Origin: Gammaproteobacteria bacterium TMED78
GTDB taxonomy: Bacteria; Pseudomonadota; Gammaproteobacteria; Steroidobacterales; Rariloculaceae
Assembly (NCBI GenBank): GCA_002171615.1
Contig: NHEF01000010.1
Location: 254,634 to 318,633, forward strand
Direction of reading: 5' to 3'
Length of the DNA: 64,000 nt
Part shown: positions 1 to 10,490 of the stretch, piece by piece
Layout of the letters: each line of letters starts with the position of its first letter
How positions within the stretch are numbered: the stretch's first letter is position 1
Program-made: the position numbers and the translations under genes
Notes under the pieces: model-generated
What the model was told of the DNA's origin: nothing
Databases searched by the model: none
The model's input: the letters and a program-made list of their open reading frames with translations, nothing else

Positions 1-1
1 T

Positions 2-601
2 GTTATTTCAGATATAAATACACTACAGACACTTCCTAAAAGGGAATTTTTATCTGGTCTAGCCGAAGTAATAAAGCATAGTCTAATTATGGACTATAAA
101 TTTTTTACTTGGCTTGAAAAGAATATTGAAAAATTAATAAAACATGATGAAGAATCTTTAGTATTTACTATCAAGAGAAATTGTGAATTGAAGTCTTCAA
201 TTGTAGCTGAAGATGAGAAAGAAAAAGGGATTAGAGCGCTATTAAATCTAGGCCATACATTTGGGCATGCAATAGAAACTATAACAGGATACAATAAGTT
301 ACTTCATGGGGAGGCAGTTTCAATTGGCATATGTATAGCTTCTAAAATTTCTAATAAATTAGGTTTATTGGATAATAACTCCCTAGAAAGAATAATTAAT
401 ATTTTCCAAAAAGCTCAACTACCTACTTATATAGATAAAATAAATCTAGAAGAGCTAATTGAATCTATGTATTTAGATAAAAAAATAGATTTATCTGGGC
501 TTAGGCTTATACTCCTTAATGATATAGGTAAGGCCTCTATAAAAAAAGCCCCTGATAAAAAAAATTTATTATCCTTGATTAAAAATTCTATAGAAAAATA
601 A
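2..601 (+). CDS. aroB: 3-dehydroquinate synthase (5' end outside window)
   Basis: Frame is open from base 2 (VISDINTLQTLPKREFLSGLAEVIKH...). Motifs DEKEKGIRALLNLGHTFGHAIE, LLHGEAV and DKK. Confidence 0.96.
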   Translation, partial: VISDINTLQTLPKREFLSGLAEVIKHSLIMDYKFFTWLEKNIEKLIKHDEESLVFTIKRNCELKSSIVAEDEKEKGIRALLNLGHTFGHAIETITGYNKLLHGEAVSIGICIASKISNKLGLLDNNSLERIINIFQKAQLPTYIDKINLEELIESMYLDKKIDLSGLRLILLNDIGKASIKKAPDKKNLLSLIKNSIEK

Positions 602-610
602 ATTATTAAA

Positions 611-1747
611 GTGGAAGATAATCTTAAACCTTATGCTGCTTCATCAATAGGATCAAAAGGTAGAGTTTATGATGAGAATAAACCTAGTGAAAGGTCAGAG
701 TTTCAAAGAGATAGAGATAGAATAATACACTCTTCTGCATTTAGAAGACTTGTTTATAAAACACAAGTATTTGTAAATCATGAAGGTGATATGTATAGAA
801 CTAGACTAACTCACTCTCTAGAAGTTGCTCAAATAGGTAGAACTATTGCTAGGGCACTAGGATTAAACGAAGATTTAGTTGAGGCCATATGCTTAGCACA
901 TGATTTAGGACACACACCGTTTGGACATGCTGGTCAAGATGCGTTAAATGAATGCATGAAAAAATTCGATGGTTTTGAGCATAATCTTCAATCTCTTAGG
1001 TTAGTAGATTATCTAGAAAAAAAATATGTGGAGTTCCCGGGTTTAAATCTTACCTTTGAAACAAGAGAAGGAATTTTAAAGCATTGCTCGATAAAGAATG
1101 CTAAATCTTTAGGAGAGATAGGCCAAAGATTTATTAAAAATAAACGCCCAAGCTTAGAAGCGCAAATTGCCAATATAGCAGATGAGATAGCATACAATAA
1201 TCATGATATTGATGATGGACTGAGATCGAAGCTTATTGATATTAATGAATTCTGTAATCTTTCACTTGCTAATAGTGAGTCTAAAAAAATAAAGAAAATG
1301 TACCCTAACTTAAGTAGTAAACAATTTATAAATGAAATAGTCAGAAGAATGATCAATTCATTTGTGAATGATATCATTAATAATAGTAGCATCATAATCA
1401 ATGAAAAAAATCCTAAAAATATAAATGATATTAGAAATTTCACCCAATTGATAAAATATAGTAATAAATACTCAAATATCAATTCTGAAACAAAAGAGTT
1501 CCTTCATATAAATCTTTATCAACATTCAAAAGTAAGAAAGATGACTGATAAAGCCGAAATAATAATAAAATTTCTTTTCAAAAAATATTCAGATAGCTAT
1601 AAGCTAATGCCAAAAGATAGCTGCTTACTAGCAGAGAAAAAAACTTCAGAGCTAGGAAAAGTTGGGGGTTCTAGAATTGTATGTGACTATATAGCCGGAA
1701 TGACTGATCGGTATGCTCTAGAACAATATGAGAAACTAAAAAATTAG
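611..1747 (+). CDS. dgt: Deoxyguanosinetriphosphate triphosphohydrolase (HD family)
   Basis: GTG start. Motifs FQRDRDRIIHS, RTRLTHSLEV, AHDLGHTPFGHAG and DYIAGMTDRYA. Usual position after aroB. Confidence 0.93.
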   Translation: MEDNLKPYAASSIGSKGRVYDENKPSERSEFQRDRDRIIHSSAFRRLVYKTQVFVNHEGDMYRTRLTHSLEVAQIGRTIARALGLNEDLVEAICLAHDLGHTPFGHAGQDALNECMKKFDGFEHNLQSLRLVDYLEKKYVEFPGLNLTFETREGILKHCSIKNAKSLGEIGQRFIKNKRPSLEAQIANIADEIAYNNHDIDDGLRSKLIDINEFCNLSLANSESKKIKKMYPNLSSKQFINEIVRRMINSFVNDIINNSSIIINEKNPKNINDIRNFTQLIKYSNKYSNINSETKEFLHINLYQHSKVRKMTDKAEIIIKFLFKKYSDSYKLMPKDSCLLAEKKTSELGKVGGSRIVCDYIAGMTDRYALEQYEKLKN

Positions 1748-1774
1748 GTTAAAATAAATTTAGGTATAAAATTA

Positions 1775-2491
1775 ATGATTAGCAAAAAAAATGATTTTAA
1801 TGATTCAGATCGTCTAATAGTTGCTCTAGATCTTCCAGATATAGACTATGCTAAAAAACTAGTAACCGAACTAGGTAGCTCTGTAAATTTTTATAAAGTT
1901 GGGCTTGAGCTAGCTATGACAGGAGAATATTTTAATCTTATAAGCTGGCTAAATAAAAAAAATAAAAAAGTTTTTGCAGATCTAAAATTTTATGATATTC
2001 CAAATACAGTCTCTTCAGCAATTAGGCAACTAAATAAGTGGGATATAGAATTTATAACAGTACATGGTGATAGATCAATTATGCAAGCCGCCGCTGATAG
2101 TAGAAAAAATAATATAAAATTGCTAGCTGTTACAGTTTTAACAAGCATTAATAAAGCAGATCTTTCTGAAAATGGCATAACTTACGACACCAAAGAACTA
2201 GTTTTAACTAGAGCTAAATTAGCTTTACAAAGCGGTATTGATGGAATAATTTCATCTGGTCAAGAAACTAAATCAATCAGAAAAAAATTAGGTAATGATC
2301 TCATTATTGTAAATCCAGGTATTAGGCTTCTAAATAATAAATCAGAAGATGATCAAAAAAGGATTGTAACTCCTAGTGAAGCTATAAAAAATGGTGCTGA
2401 CTTCATAGTTATAGGGAGGCCCATCAGAAACGCAAAAAATCCAAAGAAAGTAGCTGATGAGATACAGTTAGATATAGCTAATTGCCTTTAA
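1775..2491 (+). CDS. pyrF: Orotidine-5'-phosphate decarboxylase
   Basis: Motifs LIVALD, KVG, DLKFYDIPNTV, VTVLTS, PGIR, DDQKR and IGRPI. Confidence 0.96.
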   Translation: MISKKNDFNDSDRLIVALDLPDIDYAKKLVTELGSSVNFYKVGLELAMTGEYFNLISWLNKKNKKVFADLKFYDIPNTVSSAIRQLNKWDIEFITVHGDRSIMQAAADSRKNNIKLLAVTVLTSINKADLSENGITYDTKELVLTRAKLALQSGIDGIISSGQETKSIRKKLGNDLIIVNPGIRLLNNKSEDDQKRIVTPSEAIKNGADFIVIGRPIRNAKNPKKVADEIQLDIANCL

Positions 2492-4136
2492 GGGCTCTTT
2501 TAAGTATTTTACCTACATTGGTCTTTGGAAGGTCATCGCAAAACTTTACTGACTGAGGAATTTTATACCCTGTCAATCCTTGTCTACAAAAATCTATAAT
2601 GGCTCTACTTGTAAGTTTATCGTCATTTTTTACTACAAATAACTTAACTGCTTCGCCAGAATCAGAATCAGGAACACCTATAGCAGCTACTTCATCTATT
2701 CCTGGATGAGTTATAACAAAATCTTCTATTTCACTTGGATATACATTAAATCCAGATACTATAATCATATCTGTCAACCTATCATCTATAAATAAATAAC
2801 CTTCTTCATCGATATGTCCCAAATCTCCACTATGGAACCATCCCTCTGGGGATATAGATACTGTTGTTGCTTCCTTGTTTCTCCAGTAACCTTTCATAAC
2901 TTGAGGTCCTCTTATACAAATTTCTCCAACTTCATTAATAGGTAATATAATTCCTTCTTTATCAATTATCTTTAATTCAGTAGAAGGCACTGGAAGGCCT
3001 GCTGCACCATTAAAATTACTAGAGCTTATAAGTGTGGCTGATACTACAGGTGAAGTCTCAGTTAAACCATAGCCCTGAACTATAGGCCTACCAGTAATGG
3101 CTTTCCACTTTTCTGAAGTTTCTTTTTGAACAGCCATGCCACCACCCATAGCAAGTTTTAAGTTACTAAAATCTATATTTCTGAATTGAGGGTCTCTTAG
3201 CAAAGCTGCATATAAGGTATTAACCCCTGTGATATAAGAAAAAGAATATTTCTTTAGCTCCTTAACAAATCCATTAATATCTTTAGGATTAGTAATTAGT
3301 AAATTATATGCACCGAGATACATAAAAAGGAATAAATTAAGAGATAGTGAAAAAATATGATAGAGAGGTAAAGGTGTTACAACTATATCACCTTTTTTTT
3401 GAATTGGCTTAGTCCATGCATCTAACTGTAAAATATTTGTTATTATGTTTTTATGGGTTAACATTGCGCCCTTGGAAAGGCCGGTAGTACCTCCTGTATA
3501 TTGAAGGAAAGCGATATCATTTCCTGATAAATCAAACTTCTTATAGTCAAAGCTTTCTTTAGAAGAAAAAATATCGCTGTAGTTGATATAGCCCTTAATT
3601 TTCCATAAAGGAACTATTCTCTTTATATACTTAAGAATAAAATTAACTATATACTTCTTTAAAATAGGAAAATGGTCTCCCACTTTAGTAACAATCACTA
3701 ATTCAATATCACTTTCATCTAAAGCCTCTGATACAGTAGATGCAAAATTTTCTAAGACGATTATTGCCTTCGCTCCACTATCTTTAAGCTGATGCCTTAA
3801 TTCCCTTGCGGTGTATAAAGGATTGACATTTACTACAACCATTCCTGCTCTTAAGATACCCATTATAGTAATTGGGTATTGAAGAATATTCGGCATCATT
3901 ACGGCTATTCTATCGCCAGGCCTCAATGATGAATGGCTCTGTAAAAAAGAAGCAAGTTGCTTACTAAATCTGTCAATATCTGAGTATTTTAGCTCTATCC
4001 CCATATTACAGAAAGCTACACTCTTACCGTATTTGGAAAAAGAATGATCGATTACATCAACTAAAGTATCAAATTTACTAGAATCTATTTCTGGCGGTAT
4101 ATCTTTAGGATATGTCTTTAACCATGGCTTATTCAT
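2478..4136 (-). CDS. fadD: Long-chain fatty acid-CoA ligase
   Basis: AMP-binding motif LQYTGGTTGLSKG, plus QGYGLTETSP, SGDLG and LPKTNVGKIL. Confidence 0.9.
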   Translation of the reverse strand: MNKPWLKTYPKDIPPEIDSSKFDTLVDVIDHSFSKYGKSVAFCNMGIELKYSDIDRFSKQLASFLQSHSSLRPGDRIAVMMPNILQYPITIMGILRAGMVVVNVNPLYTARELRHQLKDSGAKAIIVLENFASTVSEALDESDIELVIVTKVGDHFPILKKYIVNFILKYIKRIVPLWKIKGYINYSDIFSSKESFDYKKFDLSGNDIAFLQYTGGTTGLSKGAMLTHKNIITNILQLDAWTKPIQKKGDIVVTPLPLYHIFSLSLNLFLFMYLGAYNLLITNPKDINGFVKELKKYSFSYITGVNTLYAALLRDPQFRNIDFSNLKLAMGGGMAVQKETSEKWKAITGRPIVQGYGLTETSPVVSATLISSSNFNGAAGLPVPSTELKIIDKEGIILPINEVGEICIRGPQVMKGYWRNKEATTVSISPEGWFHSGDLGHIDEEGYLFIDDRLTDMIIVSGFNVYPSEIEDFVITHPGIDEVAAIGVPDSDSGEAVKLFVVKNDDKLTSRAIIDFCRQGLTGYKIPQSVKFCDDLPKTNVGKILKRALKGN

Positions 4137-4253
4137 ATCTTATTCTTCTTTAGCTAAATAAAATCTTCTTTAACTATACAAATTTATTTGGCTTATATCT
4201 ATAAGCATGTTATTAAATAAGAAAACCATCATGATGTAAGAGGTCTATACAAG

Positions 4254-6074
4254 TTGTTTTCAATGGATTTACATATAATATTTGTCCTGCTATTAACTCC
4301 TTTAGCGCTATATCTATTCACTAGAGATAAGATACCTCTTGAAGCTTCTAGTCTATTAATTATCCTGATCCTAATGCTTTTTTTTCATTTTTTCCCATAC
4401 ATAACTGATAATCTTGAAATATCGCCAATCAAGTTTATTGCTGGCTTTGGAAATGAGGCAGTTATAACAATTGGTGCTTTAATGATTATAGGGAAGAGCA
4501 TCGAAAAAACAGGCGCTATTCAACCTTTAGCAAATTTATTAGCAAATTTCTGGAAAAATAAACCAAAAATAACTATTTTACTGACTTTACTCTTGGCATG
4601 CCTTCTGAGTGGCTTTATCAATAATACTCCTGTAGTTATTATTTTGCTTCCAATGCTTATAGGGGTAGCTATTCGGAGTAAATCTGCCCCCTCAACAATC
4701 CTTATGCCTATAGGATTTGCCACATTGATTGGTGGGATGGCTACCACAATAGGAACTTCTACAAATTTACTTATTGTAAATATTGCTAGTGCACAAGGCA
4801 TTATAGACTTTAAAATGTTTGACTTTGTTGTTCCTGTAGCCATTGTAGGTTTTTTTGGAATAGCCTATCTTTGGTTAATAGCCCCTAAATTACTTCCTGA
4901 GCGTGAACAGCCCCTTTCAGATAGATCGCCAAGAATTTTTGAGGCCTCTTTCTTTATAGAAGAAAACTGTAAATCATGTAATTTACCCTTCTCTGAAGTA
5001 CTAGAGTTAACTGATAATGAAATGAAAGTTGATAGAATTGAGAGAGGTGAAGGCCTAATTGTAATTAAGCTTCCATCAGTTCAAATTCAAGCTGGAGATA
5101 GGTTAATTGTTCGAGACACTCCAGATAATCTAAAATTGTTTGAGGAACAATTAGGAGCTAATCTTCATAATAATAACTCTGATAATAGAAAAAATAGTGT
5201 TATTGACCAACAGCACTTAGCAGAGATAGTTATAACAAGAGGATCTCTGTTCCATAGATCAACTCTTACTGATAGTAACTTTATACAGCAAACAGGTCTC
5301 TTGCCTCTAGCATTAAATCAAGCTAAAGAATCAGAAGTAGAGCAATCAACGGGAAATATAAATTCTGCCTATTTAAGAGCAGGAGATATTTTATTAGTCC
5401 AAGGGTCTGATCAAAAAATAGAGGATTTAAAAAGCTCAGGTAAAGCACTGGTTCTTGATGGCACTACAGATCTACCAAGAACACATAAATCAAGAAGAGC
5501 TATTTTTATTATGTCAGGAGTCATATTAGCTGCTGCTTCAGGTATTTTACCAATATCTATAAGTGCAGTCTTGGGCGTTGCTATTCTCCTAGGATCTGGA
5601 TGCCTTAACTGGCAAGAAGCCATGAGCGCCGTATCACTTCAAGTAATAATGGTAATAGTAGCAAGCTTAGCTTTAGGAGCCGCTATGATAGATACTGGCG
5701 CTGCTGTCCTTGTAGCTCAATTTTTTTCAGACTCTGTCAGGCATTTACCTATACCCTTAATCTTGAGCATGCTTATATTATTGATGGCAGTACTTACTAA
5801 CTTAATATCTAATGTTTCTACTGGTATAATTGGGACGCCAATAGCAATACAGATGGCATTACAGTTAGGATCTGATCCAATACCTTTTATCCTTGCTGTG
5901 ATTTTTGGTGCAAATATGAGCTTTGCAACTCCATATGGCTACCAGACGAATCTACTAATTTTTTCTGCTGGTGGTTATAAATTTAAAGACTTCATTAGAG
6001 TAGGTATACCTCTAATTTTTATAATGTGGATTGGCTTTTCACTTATATTACCTATTATTTACAAAATACATTAA
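4254..6074 (+). CDS. SLC13/DASS-family permease with central TrkA-C domains
   Basis: Two hydrophobic halves with motifs SGFINNTP, GGMATTIGTSTNL and SFATPYGYQTN, separated by a soluble RCK-C-like region. Confidence 0.85.
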   Translation: MFSMDLHIIFVLLLTPLALYLFTRDKIPLEASSLLIILILMLFFHFFPYITDNLEISPIKFIAGFGNEAVITIGALMIIGKSIEKTGAIQPLANLLANFWKNKPKITILLTLLLACLLSGFINNTPVVIILLPMLIGVAIRSKSAPSTILMPIGFATLIGGMATTIGTSTNLLIVNIASAQGIIDFKMFDFVVPVAIVGFFGIAYLWLIAPKLLPEREQPLSDRSPRIFEASFFIEENCKSCNLPFSEVLELTDNEMKVDRIERGEGLIVIKLPSVQIQAGDRLIVRDTPDNLKLFEEQLGANLHNNNSDNRKNSVIDQQHLAEIVITRGSLFHRSTLTDSNFIQQTGLLPLALNQAKESEVEQSTGNINSAYLRAGDILLVQGSDQKIEDLKSSGKALVLDGTTDLPRTHKSRRAIFIMSGVILAAASGILPISISAVLGVAILLGSGCLNWQEAMSAVSLQVIMVIVASLALGAAMIDTGAAVLVAQFFSDSVRHLPIPLILSMLILLMAVLTNLISNVSTGIIGTPIAIQMALQLGSDPIPFILAVIFGANMSFATPYGYQTNLLIFSAGGYKFKDFIRVGIPLIFIMWIGFSLILPIIYKIH

Positions 6075-6080
6075 ATTATT

Positions 6081-7466
6081 ATGCAATCACAATTTGATAT
6101 TATAACTGATCTAGATACACCTGTTTCTGCTTACCTGAAACTAAAAGAACTAAAACCCTGCTTCTTGTTAGAAAGCGTAGAAGGAGGAGAAAGTCTTGCT
6201 AGATATTCCTTTTTAGGACTAAATGCAAACCTAATTATAGAGCTTTCAGAAAACTATTTATTAATAGATGGTAAAAAAACACCAAGACCAAATAGTAAAA
6301 CTGAATGGGTTGCAATGATGAGAAAATCAATCAACAAAAGTCCTGAGCTTTTTCCAAAAATTGATGGGCTTCCATTTTGTGGAGGGCTTGTGGGTACAAC
6401 AGGATATGATGTAATTAATTTTTTTGAGAATCTTCCTGATAACCAGTCAGAATTAAAAAATCTACCACAAGCACTATATGTATCTCCTTCTTCATTATTA
6501 GTTTTTGATCACTCTACTAGAAAGTCTGCTCTTCTTCATTCAGGCAGCAATGAAGAGAGGGAATCCTTAAGAAAAAAAATTATATCTTTGCTTAATCTTA
6601 AAAAGGACCTAAAACCTAAGTTAGGAAAATATAGTAATTTAGAAGCTAGTATCAATAAAAATAAGTTTATTGAAATAGTTAAAAAGTGCAAAGCTTATAT
6701 AAAAAAAGGTGACATATACCAAATAGTAATGTCAATTAGATTTAGCGGCAAATCAGATGCTGATCCATTTCAGTGTTATAGAGCTATGAGAACAATAAAC
6801 CCATCACCATATCTCTATTTTTTTGATGTAGGTAAAATTAAAATTTCTGGCTCTTCTCCTGAAGCTCTAGTCAAGCTAGAAGATGGCCAAGCTATATTAA
6901 ATCCAATAGCTGGAACTAAGCCAAGGGGTAGCTCAAAAGAGCAAGATATATTGATGGAAAAAGAGCTACTTAATGACCCGAAAGAAAATGCAGAGCACGT
7001 CATGCTAGTTGATTTAGCTAGAAATGATTTAGGTAGAGTTGCTTCTGCGGGATCTATAAATGTAGACCCTTATAGGAAGATTGAAAGATATAGTCACGTT
7101 ATGCATATTGTTAGTGGTGTCAAAGGAAGATTAATAAAAAACAAAGATGCTCTGGATCTTTTTTCAGCTACTTTTCCAGCTGGAACACTTGTAGGCGCTC
7201 CTAAGATAAGAGCGATGGAGATCATTAGAAATCTTGAGCCCTGTGGTAGAGGATTATATGGTGGTACTATCGGGTATTTCTCAAAAAATGGTAACATGGA
7301 TCAAGCAATTACAATTAGGACTATGGTATTTAATGAAGATGAAGTAAGTTTTCAGGCTGGTGCAGGCATAGTTGCTGATAGTATTCCTGAAACAGAATAT
7401 CAGGAGGTCCTTGCTAAAAGTGAAGTATTAAGAAAATCGTTAAAAATGGCAAGTGAGGGCCTATGA
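6081..7466 (+). CDS. trpE: Anthranilate synthase component I
   Basis: Motifs DTPVSAYLKL, LLESVEGGE, NPSPY, PIAGT, KENAEHVMLVDLARND and FPAGTLVGAPK. First gene of the trp cluster. Confidence 0.95.
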   Translation: MQSQFDIITDLDTPVSAYLKLKELKPCFLLESVEGGESLARYSFLGLNANLIIELSENYLLIDGKKTPRPNSKTEWVAMMRKSINKSPELFPKIDGLPFCGGLVGTTGYDVINFFENLPDNQSELKNLPQALYVSPSSLLVFDHSTRKSALLHSGSNEERESLRKKIISLLNLKKDLKPKLGKYSNLEASINKNKFIEIVKKCKAYIKKGDIYQIVMSIRFSGKSDADPFQCYRAMRTINPSPYLYFFDVGKIKISGSSPEALVKLEDGQAILNPIAGTKPRGSSKEQDILMEKELLNDPKENAEHVMLVDLARNDLGRVASAGSINVDPYRKIERYSHVMHIVSGVKGRLIKNKDALDLFSATFPAGTLVGAPKIRAMEIIRNLEPCGRGLYGGTIGYFSKNGNMDQAITIRTMVFNEDEVSFQAGAGIVADSIPETEYQEVLAKSEVLRKSLKMASEGL

Positions 7467-8038
7467 ATAATGAACTGCTATTAATTGATAATTATGATTC
7501 ATTTACATATAACTTAGTTCAAGCATTTAAAATATTGAAAGCAAATGTTGTTGTTTATAGGAATGATAAAATCAATAGCGAAAAAGCTAAAAAAATTAGA
7601 CCAACACATCTTGTTATCTCTCCTGGCCCAGGAAGACCTGAACAAGCAGGAGTATCGTTAGAAATGATCGATATATTTCTAGGAAAGATTCCTATAATGG
7701 GGGTTTGTCTTGGACATCAATGCATTGTCCAATACTATGGAGGAGAAATAATATCAGCTAAATCTCTGATGCATGGCAAATCTTCAATGATTGAGCATGA
7801 TGGTATCTCTATTTTCAGAAATATAGAAAGCCCATTAAGAGTCGGACGCTACCATTCTTTAGCAGCTAATAAAATAAATATGCCAACCAAACTAAAAGTC
7901 ACTGCAAAAACCTTAGATAATGAGATAATGGGAGTTAGAGATGAAGCAAATAAGGTTGAAGGAGTTCAGTTTCATCCTGAGAGTGTTTTGACTCCAAATG
8001 GCCCTAAGCTTCTAGATAATTTCCTTAAAATAAAATAA
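7463..8038 (+). CDS. trpG: Anthranilate synthase component II (glutamine amidotransferase)
   Basis: Motifs IDNYDSFTYNL, SPGPG, GVCLGHQ and QFHPES. ATGA overlap with trpE. Confidence 0.94.
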   Translation: MNNELLLIDNYDSFTYNLVQAFKILKANVVVYRNDKINSEKAKKIRPTHLVISPGPGRPEQAGVSLEMIDIFLGKIPIMGVCLGHQCIVQYYGGEIISAKSLMHGKSSMIEHDGISIFRNIESPLRVGRYHSLAANKINMPTKLKVTAKTLDNEIMGVRDEANKVEGVQFHPESVLTPNGPKLLDNFLKIK

Positions 8039-8051
8039 TTTTTGTAAGCTA

Positions 8052-9074
8052 ATGAAAATTAAATCCACTGAAATACTAGAAAAACTTATTCAAAAAGAAA
8101 ATCTTAGTGAAGCTGAATCTCGCTGGATCCTCAATTCGATGGCTAGAAATAAAATTGAATATTCCAAAGCAGGTGCCTTGCTAACATCTCTCAGAATTAA
8201 AGGAGAATCTTCTACTGAAATTCTTGGCTTTGCTGAGGCAATGAGAAGATTAACTTTAAAGCCAATTATTAAATCATCTGAAAATACTGTTGATATAGTG
8301 GGAACTGGGGGCGATAAATCTGGTAGCCTAAATCTTTCTACTGGTAGCGCTATATTAACGGCAGCTTCAGGAATAAAAGTTATTAAGCATGGCAGTAGAT
8401 CAATATCAAGCAACTGTGGAAGTGCTGATGTGCTTGAGCAACTTGGAGTGCCTATACCACTAGATGAAAATCAAGCTGGTACCTATCTAGAGAAAAATGG
8501 ATTTACTTTCCTTTTTGCACCTTATTACCACCCTGCAATGAAAAATATAGGTCCTGTAAGAAAAGATCTTGGCATTAGGACTATATTCAATATTCTGGGG
8601 CCATTGACAAATCCAGCAGAGCCTCCATTTAACGTGATAGGAGCTTATAGCATTGAGGTAGCAGAACTAATGGCGGAGGCTTTATCAGCTATGAAAATTA
8701 AACGTTGTTTCGTAATAAATGGAGCTCTTGGTTGGGATGAAGCTACGCCTATAGGGCCCTTCACTTGTTTTGATGTAGCTCCTGGAAAAATTCAGAAGAC
8801 TATCCGCTCTCCAGAAGATTACGGCATACCAAGGTGTAGTAGTGATGACCTGCTTGGAAGTGATGCAGTGAATAACTGCATGAGAATGAAAAAAGCCCTT
8901 TCAGGTAAAGATACTCTAGCACACAGAAATGCTTTAATTTTAGGTGCATCATTAGCGATAGAGGTTACTAATACAGAAAGAAATGCAAAGGATTCGTTCT
9001 TATTGGCAAAAAAAACTATAGAAGATGGTTCATCCGCCCAATTAATTAAAAAAATAAAGAATCATGGAAAATAG
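8052..9074 (+). CDS. trpD: Anthranilate phosphoribosyltransferase
   Basis: Motifs DIVGTGGD, NLST, KHGSRSISS, GSADVLE and RTIFNILGPLTNPA. Confidence 0.95.
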   Translation: MKIKSTEILEKLIQKENLSEAESRWILNSMARNKIEYSKAGALLTSLRIKGESSTEILGFAEAMRRLTLKPIIKSSENTVDIVGTGGDKSGSLNLSTGSAILTAASGIKVIKHGSRSISSNCGSADVLEQLGVPIPLDENQAGTYLEKNGFTFLFAPYYHPAMKNIGPVRKDLGIRTIFNILGPLTNPAEPPFNVIGAYSIEVAELMAEALSAMKIKRCFVINGALGWDEATPIGPFTCFDVAPGKIQKTIRSPEDYGIPRCSSDDLLGSDAVNNCMRMKKALSGKDTLAHRNALILGASLAIEVTNTERNAKDSFLLAKKTIEDGSSAQLIKKIKNHGK

Positions 9075-9912
9075 TACTTTCTTAAAAAAAATGGCTGAAA
9101 GTAGCTATGAAAGAGTTGCTAAAGCTAAATTAATAGAATCTGAATTTAAACTATCTAAGGCAGCAAAAGAATCTATAGCTCCGCCTTTAATCTATAAAAA
9201 CTATTTTAATATCATAGCAGAAATAAAAAAACGCTCTCCAGCTAATGGGATGCTAGGAAGTGCTAATTTTGATCTTGAAAGTCAATTAAAATCATATGCA
9301 TCTGCTAAACCTTTAGCTGTCTCTATTTTAACTGAATCGGAAAAATTTAAAGGTAGCCTAGATGATCTCTCGGTTGCATCAAAAATAATGAAGGAATATA
9401 ACATACCAGTCATGAGAAAAGATTTTTTAGTTGATCCCTATCAACTATTAGAAGCAAAAAAATTAGGAGCTAGTGGCGCTCTTCTTATAGCCTCTATACT
9501 CTCAGATGATCAGCTTGATACCTTATTAGCCTGTGCAGCTGAAAATGACTTATTTATTCTTTTGGAATCATTCGACTATCATGATATTGAAAAAATTAAT
9601 AAGTGTGCTCTTGATAAATATATAAATCAGGGATGTTCTATTTTATCTGGAGTTAATTGTAGAAATCTTAAAAATCTGGCTATCGATTTCGAACGATTTA
9701 AAGAACTATCAAGCTTATTGCCTGAACAAACTATCAAAGTGGCTGAAAGTGGAATAGAAAAAAAAGAACATGTGAAAAAAATAGTAGGCTTAGGCTACTC
9801 AGTAGCTTTAATAGGATCGATCCTTATGAAAAGTCCTAATCCTGAACAATTATTAAAAGATTTAATAAAAACTGGAAGATCTGAAGTAGAGGTAATAAAA
9901 GATTGTTCATAA
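9064..9912 (+). CDS. trpC: Indole-3-glycerol phosphate synthase
   Basis: Motifs IIAEIKKRSP, SILTE, RKDFLVDPYQ, GVNCRNL and AESGI. Confidence 0.93.
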   Translation: MENSTFLKKMAESSYERVAKAKLIESEFKLSKAAKESIAPPLIYKNYFNIIAEIKKRSPANGMLGSANFDLESQLKSYASAKPLAVSILTESEKFKGSLDDLSVASKIMKEYNIPVMRKDFLVDPYQLLEAKKLGASGALLIASILSDDQLDTLLACAAENDLFILLESFDYHDIEKINKCALDKYINQGCSILSGVNCRNLKNLAIDFERFKELSSLLPEQTIKVAESGIEKKEHVKKIVGLGYSVALIGSILMKSPNPEQLLKDLIKTGRSEVEVIKDCS

Positions 9913-10490
9913 AAATTTGTGGTCTTAACTCAATAGAAGCTATAGAAAGCTCTATATCAAATGGAGCTGATGCGATAGGGTTTGTTTTTGCTGAATCACC
10001 TAGAAAAGTCTCTCCAGAAAAAGCTTTATCTCTTTGTAAAAACTTACCGAAGAAACTTATAAAGGTAGCAGTTACTAAAAATCCTTCCAAAAAGCTTTTT
10101 AAAGAAATTATTAATATTTTTAAACCTGACTGGATCCAAGGAGAGGCAAACGATTTACTATCTTCAAAAATACTAAATAAATCTTCTATATTACCCGTTT
10201 TTAGAGACAGCCAACCAATAATTCATACCTATCCTTCAAGGATATTATACGAGGGGGAAAACAGTGGAAAATCAGAAATTGCTAACTGGGGGAAAGCTGC
10301 AAAGATATCAGAAAGAACACAATTAATTCTTGCTGGAGGTTTAAACTTAACTAATATTGAGAAAGCTATTAAAATAGTATCACCTTGGGGCGTTGATATC
10401 TCTTCAGGTGTTGAAAGTAAATTAGGAATTAAGGATCCAAAAAAAATTAGTGCCTTTATAAGCCTTGTAAGAAGCATGGAGAAAAGCTGA
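9903..10490 (+). CDS. trpF: Phosphoribosylanthranilate isomerase
   Basis: TTG start. Motifs IKICG, GFVFAESPR, LAGGL and GVDISSGVE. Confidence 0.93.
   Translation: MFIKICGLNSIEAIESSISNGADAIGFVFAESPRKVSPEKALSLCKNLPKKLIKVAVTKNPSKKLFKEIINIFKPDWIQGEANDLLSSKILNKSSILPVFRDSQPIIHTYPSRILYEGENSGKSEIANWGKAAKISERTQLILAGGLNLTNIEKAIKIVSPWGVDISSGVESKLGIKDPKKISAFISLVRSMEKS

Noticed and set aside
611-1747. Anti-phage dGTPase defence system
   Set aside because: It is the short housekeeping-type dgt in its usual position after aroB, with no defence-island context.
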